A stretch of 63,001 bases of DNA, filler included, from Octopus bimaculoides (lineage: Eukaryota), in NCBI RefSeq assembly GCF_001194135.2. It is 10 parts of 9 records of this genome, joined end to end, with 100 filler letters (N's around TTAATTAATTAA, not from the genome) between each part and the next. Parts side by side here need not be neighbours in the genome. Positions count along the whole stretch, not along the records: positions 1 to 8,429 come from NC_068986.1; positions 8,530 to 16,057 come from NC_069006.1; 8 more parts are not named here. One strand, written 5' to 3'. Below the pieces are notes generated by a model. The model was given only the letters and a program-made list of their open reading frames with translations, made no database searches and was not told where the DNA came from. Shown here in pieces: positions 1-10,961 of this stretch. The position numbers and the translations under genes were made by a program. The number at the start of each line of letters is the position of its first letter. The stretch's first letter is position 1.

Positions 1-31
<31 letters not shown>

Positions 32-32
32 A

Positions 33-625
33 CATAGGGGCTGGACAAAATATTGGAAACATCTAGCATCATAGCATCATAATTTTGAAATATCTATAAA
101 ACCGTCAAAAGCTTGTTTATTTGTATGTTTTTTGATTTATTATTAGTGTTGCTCAATATATTTTGCTACAATTGCTGTTTCTTTTCAGATATTATCAGAA
201 AAAAGTAATTAAAATTCATTAAAATGACTGATCTATCCCACTTTCAAAGAGGTCAGATTGTTGGTGCTTGTATGGCAAGCGCTAGCGTAACGGAAACAGC
301 CGAAATGTTTGGTGTATCAAGAAGTACTCTCTCGAAAGTAATGACAGCCTATTGAGAAATAGGGATAAACCTCCTCGTCGAAACAAAACTCCGGAAGAAA
401 ACCAAAACTTTCAGGTAGGGACCGCCGGACTCTTACGCGAATTGTTAGAAAGGATCACAAAAGTACAGCTCACAAAATTACTGCAGAGCTTAATGACCAC
501 CTTGATAACACAGTTTCCACAAAAATTGTTTGCCAGAAGCTGCACAAAGCCGGATTTCACATGAGGGCTGCAATCAGAAAACCACGACTTTCAAAAGCAA
601 GTATTGCAAAACCGATGAAAAGGTG
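33..625 (+). mobile_element. Tc1-family DNA transposon relic (left end plus transposase N-terminal HTH region, disrupted)
   Basis: Starts TA|CATAGGGGCTGGACAAAATATTGGAAAC after a CA repeat. ATG at 224 reads MTDLSHFQRGQIVGACMASASVTETAEMFGVSRSTLSKVMTAY* (stop 353-355). After a frameshift it continues SGRKPKLSGRDRRTLTRIVRKDHKSTAHKITAELNDHLDNTVSTKIVCQKLHKAGFHMRAAIRKP, a typical Tc1 paired-like domain. Confidence 0.85.
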
Positions 626-805
626 GGTGCTGATGCCTACAACAACACGCTAAGGTACCATGGCTCAAGGCCAGCTACCCAGAGGGCAACTATATGTGGA
701 CCCAGGATGGTGCTCCCAGCCATAAAGGTACAGAATTCCTGCAAATCCAGCTTCTCTGCTTTCTAATCTGCGGACTTCTGGCCCTCTTCCAACCCGGATT
801 GCAAT
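612..805 (+). mobile_element. Catalytic-domain fragment of a second IS630-Tc1-mariner transposase (maT/DD37D-like), frameshifted
   Basis: Across frames: EKVGADAYNNTLRY..PWLKASYPEGNYMWTQDGAPSH..VQNSCKSSFSAF*SADFWPSSNPD. The QDGAP.H and WP.S.PD motifs flank the second and third catalytic acidic residues. Confidence 0.7.
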
Positions 806-1319
806 GAAAGCCACATAGAATAAATTATTCATTTTGTAATTATATGTGAACGTTATTAACTTATTTTTGAATTACGAAACCTACTGAAGCGCAATTAGAA
901 CTTCTAATGTGACAGCGCTTTTGCAAGTTTTGCTTTTCCACTCTGAATATCGTCAATGAATCATATATATTCGAAAAAGAAGCACACTCTAAAGCATAGA
1001 GCAATAAAGTATTAAAGTAATAAAGTTAATGTCCGGTCATAGAGTAACCACTGGTTTCATATCCTCAAAAGCTTTAGCCTCGTGGACGCCTCATCAGACT
1101 CTATATATGCATGCATGTACATACATGCACACAAACATACACACACACATAAACATACGCGCGCGCACGCACACACATACATACATATATATGTATGTAT
1201 GTATGTATATATGTGTGTATGTATATGTATATGTATATATATATGTATGTACANNNNNNNNNNAACAATAACATAGATACACATAAACACAAACACACAC
1301 ACATATATATATATATATA

Positions 1320-1440
1320 TGACGGGCTTCTGCACAATTTCTGTCAACCGAATATCACTCGTAATGTACTGGGTCAACCAGAAGCTATAGTAGAAGACAC
1401 TACCGCAAGGTGCTGCGCTGCATGAACGAATCCAGGACTA
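1320..1440 (-). mobile_element. SINE family A (tRNA-like head), degenerate 5' half
   Basis: Reverse complement resembles the head/body of the fuller copies at 3118-3520 and 37121-37603 (GTGTCTTCTACTATAGC..GAAGCCCGTC). Confidence 0.65.
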
Positions 1441-1480
1441 CTCTGTTCTGAAATAAACGATATATATATATATATATATA

Positions 1481-1828
1481 TAGCTGAAGGATTAAAATTA
1501 ATCAAAGGACATACTAAATATGTCTACCTGCTGGAAATAACAGTCAAAACTCTTACTTAAATCACCAAAATACACAGATAATAACTACAGAAATCAACCG
1601 ACCGACGGGAAACGGACTAAGACAGTCTCCCAGCGTACATTTAAGTTTTTATGTATTGACATCCTTAAATGTACGTTGAGAGATTGTCTTAGCCCGTTTG
1701 CCTTCGGACGGTTGATTTCTGTAGTTATTATCTGTGTATTTTGGTGATTTAAGTAAGAGTTTTGACTGTTATTTCCAGCAGGTAGACATATTTGGTATGT
1801 CCTTTGATTAATTTTAATCCTTCAGCTA
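1481..1828. mobile_element. Foldback element/MITE with 165-bp inverted arms and 18-bp spacer
   Basis: 1481-1645 is the reverse complement of 1664-1828 with 8 mismatches. The left end abuts a (TA)n tract and both ends carry TA. Confidence 0.9.
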
Positions 1829-2089
1829 TTTAATGCTTTTTGGGGTCTGGAAACGCCTACATTATTGATTCTGTTATTATCGTTTTTAAATTGTTACACT
1901 AGATAATAACAGAATCAATGGTATCTTCGCAAATTAATTTTTCGTGAATTAATTGGCAAGAAATCTTGAAATAAACTGAATAATGACATACATACATACA
2001 TACATACATACATACATACATACATACATTGTACCGAAAGTAATGCAAAATTGAGCAACACTTTGTTATTGACATAGGTCGTTCAACTC

Positions 2090-2256
2090 TTCTTCCTCCT
2101 CCGCTTCCGTTTTCATCCTCCTCTTCATCACCATCGTCGTCGTCGTCGTCGTCGTCGTCGGCATCATCATCATCATCTTCTTCTTCTTCTTCTTCTTCTT
2201 CTTCTTCTTCTTCTTCTTCTTCTTCTTCTTCTTCTTCTTCTTCTTCTTCTTCTTCA
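2090..2256. repeat. Compound trinucleotide microsatellite (TCC/TCG/TCA/TTC)n
   Basis: Long pure (TTC)n run at about 2177-2255 preceded by (TCG)n and (TCA)n. Confidence 0.95.
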
Positions 2257-2697
2257 TTGCCGGCAAGCAACGCACCGTCATTGAATGCCAGATGAACGAA
2301 AGGGCCGCAGGTTCTCACATGTTATTTATAGAAATGACGCCAGTGACACCCTCAGATAAACCACGCAGTGGGAGACATCAACTATTATCATTCACATAAA
2401 TCGCCAGAGGGTGAACAAATTAATTTGTCAGGTCGGACGACTCACGATCCGTGAACTTCAATCCCGGTCACCTTCGCTATAAACAGCATGAGTCATTCTT
2501 GGAATGTAACTTTTCAATCAGTGACAGCGCATCAAAATGTGATGGGCGCTTGATCTTGAAATTCCTATCTTACGACTTGTTTGAAAATCTAGTAATACAT
2601 AGCCGTACCCTTTCTTGTTTTGTGGGGCTCATCAATGTCCGCATTCTTCCGGAAGTTTCTGAACAGTTTCATAGGCTTCAAACTTACCTTTAATTAG

Positions 2698-3656
2698 AAT
2701 GACGAAATTCTGGTTTAAGCACTCCATATAACCCCCTCGTAACTCTTTTTTTTTATTTTGGTGAATTTTCAGAAAGGTTTTGCGAATTTGCGTTCTTCAC
2801 ACGAGAATTCACACGATTAGGGGAAAAAAAACACTTCTTAATTTCTTAAAACCCCTTGCACACCCTTCATAATTCCTAAAATTTCCACTCTTTTTCGATT
2901 ATTTTTTTTTTTTATTAAAGTTTAAAATACGGACAGTCTGAATTTTTTGCTTAAATCCCAGCAAATGTGTTTATGGGGAGAAAAATATTGGAAAACATCA
3001 ATACACGTCAGAGTGATAAAGAAATGAGAAAGTTATCAGGTAGTCGTGAGATGTGCTAAAAATAATAGCTAAATCGCACTTAAATCACATGCAAAAAATT
3101 TCTTCTTTTCGCACAATCGCAGGCGTGGCTGAGTGGTAAAAAGCTTGCTTCCCAACCATATGGTTCCGGTTTCAGTCCCACTGCATGATACCTTGGACAA
3201 GTATCTCCTACTATGGCCTAGAGCCGATCAAAGTGGATTTGAGAGACGGAAATTGGGAGAAGCCTGTCGTATGTGTGTGTGTGTGTGTGTGTGTATACAT
3301 ACATATGTGTATGTGTGTGCGCGCTCGCGCTCAACCACCGATTGACAACCGGTGTTGGTATGTTTACGTCCCCGTAACTTAACGGTTCGGCAAAGGAGAC
3401 AAATAGGATAAGTACTGGGCTTAGTAAAAAATTAAGTACTGGGGTCGATTGATACAACAACAAAAATTCTTTAAAGCAGTACTCCAGCATGGCCTCAGTC
3501 TAATGACTGAAACAAGTAAAATTTTAAAAAATGGTTTTAATTGCATGAATTTCCGTATGCAGAAAACATATTCGCCAAAAATCTTCTGAAAATTCCAAAA
3601 ATCAAAGAAGTTATGAGGGGTTATATGGAGTGCCTAACCTAGAATTCTGCCATTAG
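2698..3656. mobile_element. Non-autonomous DNA transposon with about 85-bp imperfect TIRs, interrupted by a SINE
   Basis: AATTCTGGTTTAAGCACTCCATATAACCCCCTCGTAACT... (about 2705-2787) is inverted at about 3569-3650 (...GAAGTTATGAGGGGGTTATATGGAGTGCCTAACCTAGAATT). A related terminus occurs at about 8780-8880. Confidence 0.7.
3118..3520 (+). mobile_element. SINE family A, near full length (tRNA-like head, central (TG)n, conserved tail)
   Basis: A-box-like TGGCTGAGTGG and B-box-like GGTTTCAGTCCC, then a central microsatellite, then tail GACAACCGG..GGTTCGGCAAA..GGGGTCGA..CCAGCATGGCC..GACTGAAAC. Many copies occur in the window. Confidence 0.85.
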
Positions 3657-4019
3657 ATTAAAGATAAGTCGCGTAGGTGGATCTCTTTGAATCTCCCTCT
3701 TAAACTGTCTTTGCACTTCGACTGCATTTCCAAAATTCTTCTAACACTTTAGTGTACATTTCCTTTGTGCAAAATTCTTGTAGCCCTTTAGGGTACATTT
3801 CCTTTGTTCAAAGTTTAGTCTGACTCCCTTTATTTCTAATAGGTTAAATCGATATGAAAATTGAGTTTTCAGATGTGACAGTGTGTATACGTTTTGGGGG
3901 TGACTCTGTATGTATATTTATATATATACACCAACATATGTGCCTGTATGTATAAGTATACGAGTGCGTGTATGTATATAAGTTATGTGTTTGCGTGTGT
4001 TTGTGTGTGTATGTGTATA

Positions 4020-4111
<92 letters not shown>

Positions 4112-4849
4112 NNNNNNNNNNNNNNNNNNNNNNNNNNNNNNNNNNNNNNNNNNNNNNNNNNNNNNNNNNNNNNNNNNNNNNNNNNNNNNNNNNNNNNNNN
4201 NNNNNNNNNNNNNNNNNNNNNNNNNNNNNNNNNNNNNNNNNNNNNNNNNNNNNNNNNNNNNNNNNNNNNNNNNNNNNNNNNNNNNNNNNNNNNNNNNNNN
4301 NNNNNNNNNNNNNNNNNNNNNNNNNNNNNNNNNNNNNNNNNNNNNNNNNNNNNNNNNNNNNNNNNNNNNNNNNNNNNNNNNNNNNNNNNNNNNNNNNNNN
4401 NNNNNNNNNNNNNNNNNNNNNNNNNNNNNNNNNNNNNNNNNNNNNNNNNNNNNNNNNNNNNNNNNNNNNNNNNNNNNNNNNNNNNNNNNNNNNNNNNNNN
4501 NNNNNNNNNNNNNNNNNNNNNNNNNNNNNNNNNNNNNNNNNNNNNNNNNNNNNNNNNNNNNNNNNNNNNNNNNNNNNNNNNNNNNNNNNNNNNNNNNNNN
4601 NNNNNNNNNNNNNNNNNNNNNNNNNNNNNNNNNNNNNNNNNNNNNNNNNNNNNNNNNNNNNNNNNNNNNNNNNNNNNNNNNNNNNNNNNNNNNNNNNNNN
4701 NNNNNNNNNNNNNNNNNNNNNNNNNNNNNNNNNNNNNNNNNNNNNNNNNNNNNNNNNNNNNNNNNNNNNNNNNNNNNNNNNNNNNNNNNNNNNNNNNNNN
4801 NNNNNNNNNNNNNNNNNNNNNNNNNNNNNNNNNNNNNNNNNNNNNNNNN

Positions 4850-5150
4850 TGTGAAATTAACGTGTAAGTGGCTGAGCACTCCACAGACACATGTACCCTT
4901 AATGTAGTTCTCGGAGATATTCATCGTGACACAGTGTGACAAGGCTGACCCTTTGAATTACAGGCACAACAGAAACAGGAAGTAAGAGTGATAGAAAGTT
5001 GTGGTGAAAGAGTACAGCAGGGTTCGCCACCATCCCCTGCCGGAGCCTCGTGGAGCTTTAGGTGTTTTCGCTCAATAAACACTCACAACGCCCGATCTGG
5101 GAATCGAAACCGCGAGTCCGCTGCTCTAACCACTGGGCCATTGCGCCTCC
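4850..5150 (+). mobile_element. SINE-like interspersed repeat family C, 3' part
   Basis: Highly similar to 17011-17241 (GTGAAATTAACGTG.AAGTGGCTGAGCACTCCACAGACAC...GGTGTTTTCGCTCAATAAAC). Confidence 0.8.
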
Positions 5151-5289
5151 ACTATATATATAGTGCAACTTTAGTGGTAGAACCTTGGGTAAGGTGGTGT
5201 TATCTCCCTTAGACCAGTTCCAATTCTGTTCATGACCCCTACCGAAGACGTCTGAAAGAGACAGTGTTTTCCTTGCCGGCAACTGGAGA

Positions 5290-5625
5290 ATTCTATGTTT
5301 TCAAATTGAATTTCCTCTGATGAGGGTACTGACGAAACATCTCTTTTTTGGAGTTTAAAAATGTCTCCGGGTCAAGCGAGGTTTTCAAGATTCTTGCTCT
5401 TTCGGCCAAGCAAAGCCTACATCGTTTGCTCCCGTTGAGGTTCGGTCCCGGTTGTTCTAAGAGCCTCCATTTATTTATGTATGGCATATACATATACTCA
5501 TCTTTTAAACGCCATACGTAGCTTGCCAGGGACTTGATGTTGTAACTTTCAGATATCCCAAAGGAGGATCTGTGATTGATAAGACGATGCTAGAATGGGC
5601 CGCCTACAGAAGCGACATATTTCTG
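5290..5625 (-). mobile_element. Penelope-like element relic, GIY-YIG endonuclease region
   Basis: Minus strand reads KYVASVGGPF*HRLINHRSSF...LASYVWRLKD...INKWRLLEQPGPNLNGSKRCRLCLAERARIL...FLNSKKEMFRQYPHQRKF. This matches the PLE pattern R..NH..SF, L..YVW.LK, NGSKRC.LCL.E, LN.K.E. Confidence 0.75.
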
Positions 5626-5635
5626 CGTCTGTGCC

Positions 5636-5835
5636 CTTGTGCTGGTGGTGCTATCGCTGCCGATGCTGTTGTCACTGCCGGACCCGTCGCTGGTGGTGGT
5701 GGTGGTGGTGGTGTTTGTGCTGCTGCTGCTGCCGCTGCTGCTGCCGCTGCTGCTGCTGCCGCTGATATAGGCGCTGCTGCCGCTGGTGCAGGCGCTTCTG
5801 CCGCTGGTGTTGTTGTTGTCATTGTTGCTGTTATT
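5636..5835. repeat. Compound (GCT/GGT/GTT)n trinucleotide tract
   Basis: Runs of GGT, GCT/GCC and GTT. The poly-Ala/Gly/Thr ORFs on both strands are by-products. Confidence 0.9.
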
Positions 5836-7480
5836 GTCCACCTTCAATTCATCGTATATATTACCTTTCCATGTCAGATTTTGTGGGTTGTATTCTAAAT
5901 TCCGTCATTAGTTTTCTTGTTTTCCTGTCTAGATTGGCTAGATCGTTTAGTGTCCAATTAAGAATACTATACCCGCAGCGTATAACTGGGACAGCTAGAG
6001 ATTGATACTTATCTTATTTTTTGCATTGAGCTCTGTTTCAAATATTAATCTAATTCGTCCATAATATTCCTTCATTATCTTAACTTTCATTTACGTGTGT
6101 TATACCTTATCTTCTTCAGTGTTTCCCAAGTATTAGTATGTCTGAGTTTGGTCTAGTTCGCTATTTAATTTTCTTCATTTAGTGAGATGTTGTTATCTTT
6201 AAATAGTTTTCCCCTTTTCAATGTTGTTTTGGTAATTTTTCTAAGTTGAATTTCATATTGATTTCTTTCGTAAATCCATGCACTGTCTGTAATAATGTTT
6301 ACAGATGTTTATCATTTGCAGCATACACTTTGATGTCATTCATAAACAAGAGATGGTTGATTGTTTCACCATAGTAGTTGTATCCACAATCAGTTCTGCT
6401 TAGCAAGTTGGTTAAAGGCGTCAGTGCCAAACAGAAAAGAAGTGGAGGGAGCAAATCTCCTTGGACTCCTCTCTTCTAATGGGGATGGCTTTAGTTTTTA
6501 TAATTCCCTCTTTTGTCTGTAACTACAGCACTGTTTGCCATTTATTCATGACGTTTTATATATTTTATTATTGTTGATGCTACCTTGTTCATGACTAGAG
6601 CTTCCAGGTTCCATGTGTGAGGAATACTGTCAAAAGCGTTCTAGTTATTGATCCAAGGCATGCTTAGACCCTTCTTTTTCTTTACAGCCACATGAGTTTT
6701 TGCAGTATCCCTTTTGCTCTTCTGGAAACAGGTCGTTTTCTTCTAGATATTTTCTCATCCTCTGCGATATTATTGTAGTTAAGGTTTTGCAAGTAGGGAG
6801 ATATGTTATGGGTCTGTAGTCTCGTGGGTTTGTTGTTTCAGTAGATTTGGGAATTAGGATAGTTTTCCCTTCAGTGAGCCATTCAAGTGTTGTTTCTGGC
6901 TCTGTTAGCATCTCATTGAACTGTTTTGCCAGCGACTTGTGTGTCCCAGTTAAATAATTTAGCCAGAAATTGGGAATTTTGTCGTGCTCCGGTGCTTTCC
7001 AGTTGATTTTTTCAGGAGCGGTGTTATGGGTGTCCGAAATTGTTCAGGTGCTACGTTTGTTGTTTTAATTGATCTTTTCTGGGGTAGCTACTTCGCCGCC
7101 CATATTTTTTTTTTTACCAATATTCTTCCATTTCTCCTGCTGTTGGTGTTGCATTGATCTCTATTTTATTTTTACCAGGTTCTTCGTAGAATCGTTTGGT
7201 GTTGGAGTTAAACTGCTTATTTTGTTCAAAGAATTGTTGGCCTTTTTCATACCGACGGATCCTGTGTGCTCTGGCGTGGACATCTTGCTTTTGATGTTCG
7301 TTTGCCCTTAGGTAATCTTGTTTGGTTATTTTGTATTACTGTAGTATTTTCTCTCTTGTTTAGTAGTCTTGTTTGGTTACTAATTTCATTACGGATTGAC
7401 AGATCCTTTCTTTCATTCTCTGTCTCGTTCTGGTTGTTAGCTTTCTATACTATTTGTTTAAGTTGCAATAAACCTCTTTG
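5832..7480 (-). mobile_element. R4/Dong-clade non-LTR retrotransposon relic, reverse transcriptase region
   Basis: EWLTEGKTILIPKSTETTNPRDYRPITYLPT..L..IIS.R...YLEENDLFPEEQKG, then AFDSIPHTW, GVQGDLLPPLLFCLAL, INHLLFMNDIKVYA and KSDMER*YIR*IEGG. Multiple stops and frameshifts. Confidence 0.85.
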
Positions 7481-7511
7481 GATGTTGTCGCTGCCGCTGG
7501 TGCTGCTGCCG

Positions 7512-7880
7512 TTGTCCATATTCAGTTCATCGTAGATATTATCTTTCCATGTCAGATTTTGTAGAGTGTAGACTAAACGCCGTCATTATTTTTCTTGTTT
7601 TCATGTCTAGGTTGGGTAGTTCATATAGTGTCCAATTAAGAATATTGTAATTGCAACTGGGACATATAACTGGAACAGCTATAATAGTGATACTTATCTT
7701 ATTTTTCGCATTGAGCTCTCTTTTAAGTATTAAGCTAATTCGTCTATAATATTCCTTCCTTATCTTTTCTTTCATCTGTGTTATTACTTATCTACTTCAT
7801 TAAATTCTATTATTTACATGTCTAGTTCTCTTATTTCTTAATCTAATATGATATTGTTATTCTTAAGTAGTTTTCCTCTT
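7512..7880 (-). mobile_element. Second R4/Dong-clade fragment (post-RT region), paralogous to 5832-6230
   Basis: KEKIRKEYYRRISLILKRELNAKNKISI..IAVP...YNILNWTLYELPNLDMKTRKIMT....H.TKSDMER*YLR*. Aligns to 5832-6090. Confidence 0.8.
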
Positions 7881-8029
7881 ATTAAAAAAAAAATTATTGC
7901 GACAGAAGCAGTATTAATACCAAAACAATATTTATGTCCAACTTAACGTGGATGTTTTGTTAGCACACCAAATACTGAGTTATTTATCAATAGGGAACCT
8001 CCCGTATGGACTGCTCTTAGGACAGGCAT

Positions 8030-8429
8030 CGCAACCGACGTGTTAGCAGCGAAGTTGGCCCTCGACCAACACTTTGATGCCAAGCATGAAGGCTGCGTTG
8101 TCAGAGCTAAAGCACTTTCGGTAAGCGGGGAGGGGACTAAGGCCGCTCGATGGGCCCGCGTGGTTGAGGCGAAGCGTGGGAACAGAGCGACCATTCGGTC
8201 TTTGGTGGACCAGAACGACTGCGAGATTTCGGAACCGAAGCAGATGTGCTCAGCCTTTCAGCAACACTTTGCTCAATTGTTCGGGACGACGGAACAGACT
8301 TCGGTGTGTACCTAGATGGCCTGCCGCAACTCTCGACCAGCGAGGCCGATTGCTGCGAAGGACTCATATCTGCCTGGGAAGTACAGGAAGCGATGAAAGG
8401 CTGCACGAGAGGTAGATCGCCGGGTTTGG
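8030..8429 (+). mobile_element. L1/Tx1-clade LINE ORF2 fragment (endonuclease-RT linker)
   Basis: EGCVVRAKALSVSGEG...RWARVVEAKRGNRATIRSLVDQN..EISEPKQMCSAFQQHFAQLF / LDGLPQLSTSEADCCEGLISAWEVQEAMKGCTRGRSPGL, ending at the SPG.DG motif that precedes RT. GC-rich relative to flanks and cut by a linker. Confidence 0.7.
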
Positions 8430-8529
8430 NNNNNNNNNNNNNNNNNNNNNNNNNNNNNNNNNNNNNNNNNNNNTTAATTAATTAANNNNNNNNNNNNNNN
8501 NNNNNNNNNNNNNNNNNNNNNNNNNNNNN
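8430..8529. other. Synthetic scaffold linker 1 (N44-TTAATTAATTAA-N44)
   Basis: The 12-mer at 8474-8485 has stops in all six frames and exactly 44 N on each side. Confidence 0.97.
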
Positions 8530-8547
8530 TGTGTGTCAGTATGCATA

Positions 8548-8612
<65 letters not shown>

Positions 8613-9934
8613 CGGTGTGTTTATGTGTCCATAACGTAGCAGTTCAGCAAAAGGGACCAATAGAATAGGTACTAGGGTCAGTTTGTTCGACTAAAATCCC
8701 TTAAAGTGGTGCTCCAGCATGGCCGTAGTCAAAATGACAGAAACAGACAAAAGAATACAAAAAATAATCCGAAAAATTCCTGTAGAACAAAAATTCGCAA
8801 AAAAGTTTCTGAAAATTGCCCCCCCCCCCAAAAAAAAAGTTACGAGGGATTATCTGGGGGTGATTAATTCAGAATTCGGCGTAAAGTCATGTATCTACTC
8901 ATCCAAATTAGAATGGGACAGCAAAGTAATTAAAATACTAGAACTGAGAGAGAAGTGAATGAGAAAAGATGTTACTGAAGGGAAAAGTTTTTTACAAATG
9001 CTTAATTATTTATCGATGAAGTTTTACAGGAAGAAATAAACAGTTATTTGTAAATGAGAATATACACCTATCGATGAGATAGGTGTATAGTTAAAGACAG
9101 GTGTATCGCTGTGTGTATGTGTGTGTGTTTGTACGTGCACCCACATATCTTGTATGTGTTTATAGACACACGTATATACATACAAACACACATATACATA
9201 TAAACATATACACGCATATCTCATATATATATAGATATATATATATAAATACACATATATGCATACATTCTCACAAATATAAGTTGTTAACGAGCAATAA
9301 TTATTTCCATTTTACGTTCTTTAAAGTTTTTCACTATTTAGTTTTCTATAGCAATTTTGCGTATTAATCAAGATTATAGTACTTTGAAAATTATGTAATC
9401 ATTTACTAATATAACCGTTTAATACGCTGTAACTAATAAACGTTAAGTTAATTTAGAAAGTTAAAGTACATAGCTAGACATAAGCATTGAATTTCCACAG
9501 TTAAACTACAAAGTTACCAACACACAGCACACACGCACTACTAAGCGATTCCAATCATCTCCCTTGCATCATACACACAAACGCAGTGGGAGAGGACGAT
9601 AGAGAGGAAGTTTAACATGTGCGTGTGTGCCATCCTCTGTCGAGCTGCAAGGTTGATCAAAGGTTCTCCATTCGTGGCCATCGCAATTTTTTCATACGTA
9701 TACACATTCCAGAAAAAGACAACTTGGCTGCCTGGCTTGAAATTATTCATCACTGGATACTAGTTACTAGCCAAGGTTTGGCTGCTATTTCCAGCATACT
9801 GCACGACCATATATATATATATATATATATATAAATCAATATAAGTCATATATATACATACCTATATATAATTATACATACACATACACACGTACCTATA
9901 CATACATATATACATACCTATATATACATACATA

Positions 9935-10016
<82 letters not shown>

Positions 10017-10383
10017 TATACATGCATATCTATATATACATATATATATACTTGCATATCTATATATATATATGTTATATGCATACATATCTCTATATAT
10101 ATGTTATATACATACATATATCTATGTTGTATACATTTTTATATATATATGTATATATATATGTTATATACATACATATATATAGATATACACATACGCG
10201 GGACCGCACATACACACATACACGTGTAAATACACATATGCATACACACACACACACACATACCCATATGCACATACCCGCATATGGAGAGGACTTAGCT
10301 AGATGCACATACACCCATACATAAATGTCAAACCAATGTTTACTTAGCCAGGAGGGTGAAAAGTGACACTGAATTAAGTAATT

Positions 10384-10486
10384 ATGGTGGACGTAGACAG
10401 TTTAAAGGTGGTGGCGGTGGTGGTGGTGGTGATAGCGCTGGCTGCGGTGTCGTGGGTGGAGTGGTGGGTGGTTGTGGTGATGGTGA

Positions 10487-10520
<34 letters not shown>

Positions 10521-10860
10521 GGTGGTAATAGTGCATGTTATAGTTGCGGAGGTGGTGGTGGTGTACTTAACGGTTATATTGGTGGTGGCGGTGGTGGTGG
10601 TGGTGGTTGTGATGGGTACGTGCGGTTGTTTTGGCAGTAGTGTTAATAATAATAGTCCGTGGTCGTTGATGGTGATGTCGCGGGTGGATGTAGGCGGTGG
10701 TGGTGACGGTGTGGTGGAGGTGATGGGGACAGTTGATGTATAATGATGATGATAGTGATGGTAATGGTGCTGATGGTGGTGGTGGTATTGATGGTGGTTG
10801 TGGTATGCTGGAAAAGATTATTGTGATAGCAGGGTCGCGGTGATGGTGACGGAAAGCTTA
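10384..10860. repeat. Degenerate (GGT/GAT/AGT)n low-complexity tract
   Basis: Interleaved GGT, GAT and GTA triplet runs that give poly-G/V/M/T/H ORFs. Confidence 0.9.
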
Positions 10861-10921
10861 CTGCGAATACCAAAAAATTCTAAATAAATAATAACAATAA
10901 TAATAATAATAAAGACACAAG

Positions 10922-10961
<40 letters not shown>

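Noticed and set aside
1899-2318. Poly-Glu/Asp ORF resembling an acidic nuclear protein
   Set aside because: Entirely explained by (TTC)n/(TCG)n. The flanking residues show no domain and there is no convincing splice context.
5317-5340. CTGATGA...GAAAC hammerhead-like match
   Set aside because: It is antisense to the GIY-YIG coding relic, has a weak stem II, reads GAAAC-ATC instead of a pairing NUH, and has no stem I.
5572-5898. Poly-Ala/Gly/Pro ORFs resembling a transcription-factor low-complexity region
   Set aside because: A trinucleotide tract wedged between Penelope and R4 relics, open on both strands for compositional reasons.
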